Positions 60,391 to 64,000 of a stretch of DNA of 64,000 nt are shown one piece after another (position 1 is the stretch's first letter; the number at the start of each line of letters is the position of its first letter). The stretch lies in contig NC_086108.1 in assembly GCF_963921235.1 (NCBI RefSeq), positions 82,524,001 through 82,588,000 on the forward strand, given 5' to 3'. This DNA is from Mobula hypostoma. Its lineage: Eukaryota. The notes below the pieces were generated by a model. It saw only the letters and a list, made by a program, of their open reading frames with translations, was not told where the DNA came from and made no database searches. The translations under genes were made by a program, and so were the position numbers.

Positions 60391-63300
60391 CACACATTTC
60401 AATGCCCATGCTAAATTTTTTAAAAAGTGCTTCTGGTTGGTGACCTAACCTGGATGTCTAGATCATTTACATTGTAGAACTTCAATCTCTCTCAATGAGT
60501 TCTGCAAAAACAACATTTGGTGAGACAAACCTGGATTTGAAATGGTCATTTTATATCACAGTAAAGTGAATATATAAAATAGCAAGCATTGTCATATTTA
60601 ATTCAGATACCATACGTTATCCCAGCACAGTAACACAAAATAAAGGAGATCACATTTCCCCATTTACTATAAATGGATTATCCTTTTTGGATTTAATCTT
60701 CTCACAGCCTTTGCTGTCCAGGAGGTCAGTAGCTACTGATGTTTATGCATTTATCTTCCACTGACTGGTTTAACCTCTCATTAATTCTGTAACTATTTCG
60801 ACCTACTTTTTTTGAAAGAGGTTTAGTTCTAGTCATTTGCATGAAAGTGATGCAGTAAGTAATAAATAATAATTAGTAATAAGTTAAATATTTAAAAATA
60901 AGTATAATTAATAATAAGTAATAAAATGACTGCCAGAAATGCAGCCAATTGTGCTTCACTTTTACTAATGTAACAGAATAAATTGTATGTCATTTGTTAG
61001 ATACTAAATGTTGGACACGACTTGATTAATTGCAACTTTTAATTTTCTCAGTAATGTGTACTGAACATGCCTGGAGTGTATTATTGTACACTCATCCCAT
61101 CAAATAAAAAAAAACAAAACTAAGATTGTTAAACCATTCAACTATCTCAGTTACTTTGTTCCTATATTAACATGCTTGTTAGAGACAGATGGTTGGAAGA
61201 TACTGTCCAATATCTGTGGCAAAAAAAAACATAGGGCTACAGCAAAAGATTTTGTAATGGAGACCATGCGGCTCTTGGGAATGCATATCCATTCACTGAA
61301 TTAGCCAGTTGCATTGTGCCAACCACTGGAAGGATTGATGACTTTGGAGAATAGGTAAGAGAAGAAGCAGCAGATTAATATTGTTACCTGTGGTGGTGCT
61401 CTTAAGGAGTTACTGGTGGGCTTTTAAAAATGTCACCATCAATCGAAAAGAGTGAAGACTGGCACATAATGTGTTAGTGTGCTAATTACTAATATCAGAC
61501 AAGGGGGTTCCTGCTCCCTAGGCAAAGGAGGATCTAAGAATCCCTTTCCATTTTGCTCTGTAACATGTTACTGAAGTAATGTTTAAAAATTCTAAATCCG
61601 TCTGCAGAGGTTTGCTCTTTCTTCACTAAGTTTGTTTCTATCAGGGCAATGCTGTAGTTAAGATCAGGGTTTCACTGTGCGTATAGAGTCATGTCTCACC
61701 ATTGTTTTGACACTATCATGTGGCACAATAACACCACCTAAGATAAGGTGATGAAATCATTCACTGAAAAAGGTGAAATCAGCTCATCTGTTATGTACTC
61801 TAATGCAAAATCATCATCATTGAGCAGTCCTATATGGCTGAACAATAGGGGGCCTTTACTCTAGTAGGACGTTGGAGAATATGGTCAATAGACTGTAATG
61901 TAAAACAATCACCAGTGCACACTCCAATAACACTCAAACAGTGGGGGTCCTTCACTCCAGTAAGTTGCTCTAAAATATTATCTGTATAAAAGAGTTATAT
62001 GATCCTTTCCTGAACTCAGACAAATGAATGGATAATAATTCCAACAAAGAGTTCAGTTTGACAGTAAAGTTTTCTTTTTGCAACACATGAATCAGTTTTA
62101 GTAATTGTGACCATATCAACATTCTTTTTGTGAGACCAGTTGTGTGGACTCACACCCACTGGGAACTAAATTGACACTGCCTCACCTCATTTCACTATGG
62201 ATCTCATCAGACATGGACAGCAAATATTTTACTCCAAAAATGCCTGGGCCATATTTGAAATAAAGACTGAAGAGGGAAGAAATAATGCCCTAACATTCTG
62301 CATTACTTATTCTGTCATCTAATATTGAGGGCTTTATGTTCTCTGCCTTGGGATTCAATGTCCTATTCCAGACAAAAAAAAAGGGTAAATTTAAATATTA
62401 GTTTGCTGGACTCTTCTGTGAACTGATGTTTGGAAATTGAGCCCCCAGAGTGGACGCAGTGGAGTTCCTAAAGTACAAATTTATTTTCCCTTCCAAGTTT
62501 GGCTTTCAACTGTTGTAGTGCTCCTGAATTAAAGGGAACATAGTATTTTCTAGTGTCCTTTCCATTTTTTTTTAAACATCTTCAAAATGAACACAAATGA
62601 AGAGGGTTTTTTTGGAACAATGGTGGTGATATATTTCCTTATGCAGATATATGTAATCATTTTTATTTCAAAAATTAAATATGTTAGAAAAAGTTAGAAG
62701 ATCAACACAATTTTGGGGAGAGACTGGAGAGTCTCAATTTGTTTTCTTTGCGAAGGAAGCTGGTGAAGGGGTGGGGAGTACCCTGATTATAAAGGTTAAC
62801 AAAATTATGAGGAGTATAGTAGTAGGAAATAGTTGGACATTTTCCGCCATTATGGAGGTGTCAAAAATTAGAGGCTATATGTTTAGGATAAGGGGAAGAG
62901 ATTCAGAGATCTGAGGAAGAACATTTGCATCCAGAGGGTAGTTGGAATCAGTAGCACAACGCTTATGTGGTTGGAAACATATCTCACAACATTAAATTAG
63001 TAGCTACACAGGTTTTTGATTTGTCAAGGTGTAGAAGGCTATTGGCCCATTGCCAGTGATGGGATTAGTATAGGTACCTCCTTTATAGTCAGCAGGGCCG
63101 ATAGGCTGTGCTAAATGACCTCAAGGCTCTATGACAACTTGCAGAACAATGGAGTTTGTCTGGGGTTACGGAGGCATTTATACCTCAGTAAATATCATTA
63201 AATTACATTGGCTCCAAATATGGTGGCAATTGTCCTTAAAAAATAGAGTGAAGACTGAAATATAATATGTTATTGTGTGAATTTCCAAAATCAGACTGTA

Positions 63301-63489
63301 TGGTAAAGGAAGATATAAGAATCTCCTCTCATTTTGCCAATAACTGAGCCAGGGTTTTGAAGAGCCTATCATGCTGCCCAAACAATCCAGCAATGTTGCC
63401 TTGAATAAGTGACAATGGAGAAGCCCCACTGATAGCCTGATGTTTGGCAAAATAGTGCTGAATGATAATTCTGAATAATAATTAAATAA

Positions 63490-63865
63490 TTGCAGGTGGC
63501 GGGGTGAAGATATATCTCTACAAAAGGAGGTGTAAGGCTCTCTTTCCTTCTGCTAGCTTACAGGTTACCTTTGGGCTTAGCACCACCCCTCCACTGATCA
63601 GAGACACATGAAGCCATGGGAGCAGGTGGTGGATGGTCATATGAGCACTGGTGCATACGACAAAACCTGGTTATGCGATCACTGATGTCAAGTAGACAGT
63701 CGGCGAAGAGTATTGATAATGGCTGGGGTCACCCATCTTGTAAAGATAATGCCCAGAAGAAGGCCATGATAGACAACTTTGTAGAACAATTTGCCAAGAT
63801 CAATCATGGTCTAAAGACCATGATCATCCATGTCATATGACTCAGCACATAAAGACGATAATGAA
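63490..63865 (+). mobile_element. SINE-like element with RTE/BovB-type tail
   Basis: GCCCAGAAGAAGGCCATG...CTTTGTAGAACAATTTGCCAAGATCAATCATGG resembles RTE-partner SINE tails; ends in GATAATGA. Confidence 0.55.
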
Positions 63866-64000
63866 TTAAATAATGAAATCAGCATTGCTTTGAAATGTAG
63901 GAAAGCAAATGCAATTAAAATCACTAAAATTAAAGTTATTTTTTAAAAATGACCGAAATGATTTTGGACAGATGAAAAGTCGCTATTAGATTTGTGCTTG

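Noticed and set aside
60855..60927. AT-rich TAATAAG-like tract (similar low-complexity tract at 26700-26765)
   Set aside because: Ordinary low-complexity or decayed microsatellite sequence.

Overview
This is eukaryotic, repeat-dense vertebrate DNA. The repeat mix (V-domain tRNA-SINEs, abundant CR1, Penelope-like elements, Rex1/RTE LINE remnants) suggests a cartilaginous fish, probably a ray; that assignment is inference. I recognise no intact host gene exon, so the window looks like a large intron or gene desert. Main contents: (1) a young but disabled 5'-truncated CR1 LINE (2540-5271) plus many older CR1, RTE and Rex1 fragments; (2) a Gypsy provirus (37261-42638) whose RT/RNaseH/integrase core is replaced by an intronless fragment of the host splicing-factor mRNA RBM25, with further nested insertions; (3) the right end of a Sleeping-Beauty-type Tc1 transposon (16136-16558); (4) Penelope-like GIY-YIG elements and tiny fold-back derivatives with 11-15 bp target duplications, carrying decayed minimal hammerhead-ribozyme motifs; (5) a few repeat-poor blocks with enhancer- or insulator-like motifs, and one old local duplication with a codon-like substitution pattern. 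Family names come from recalled motifs, not database searches, and boundaries of old fragments are approximate.
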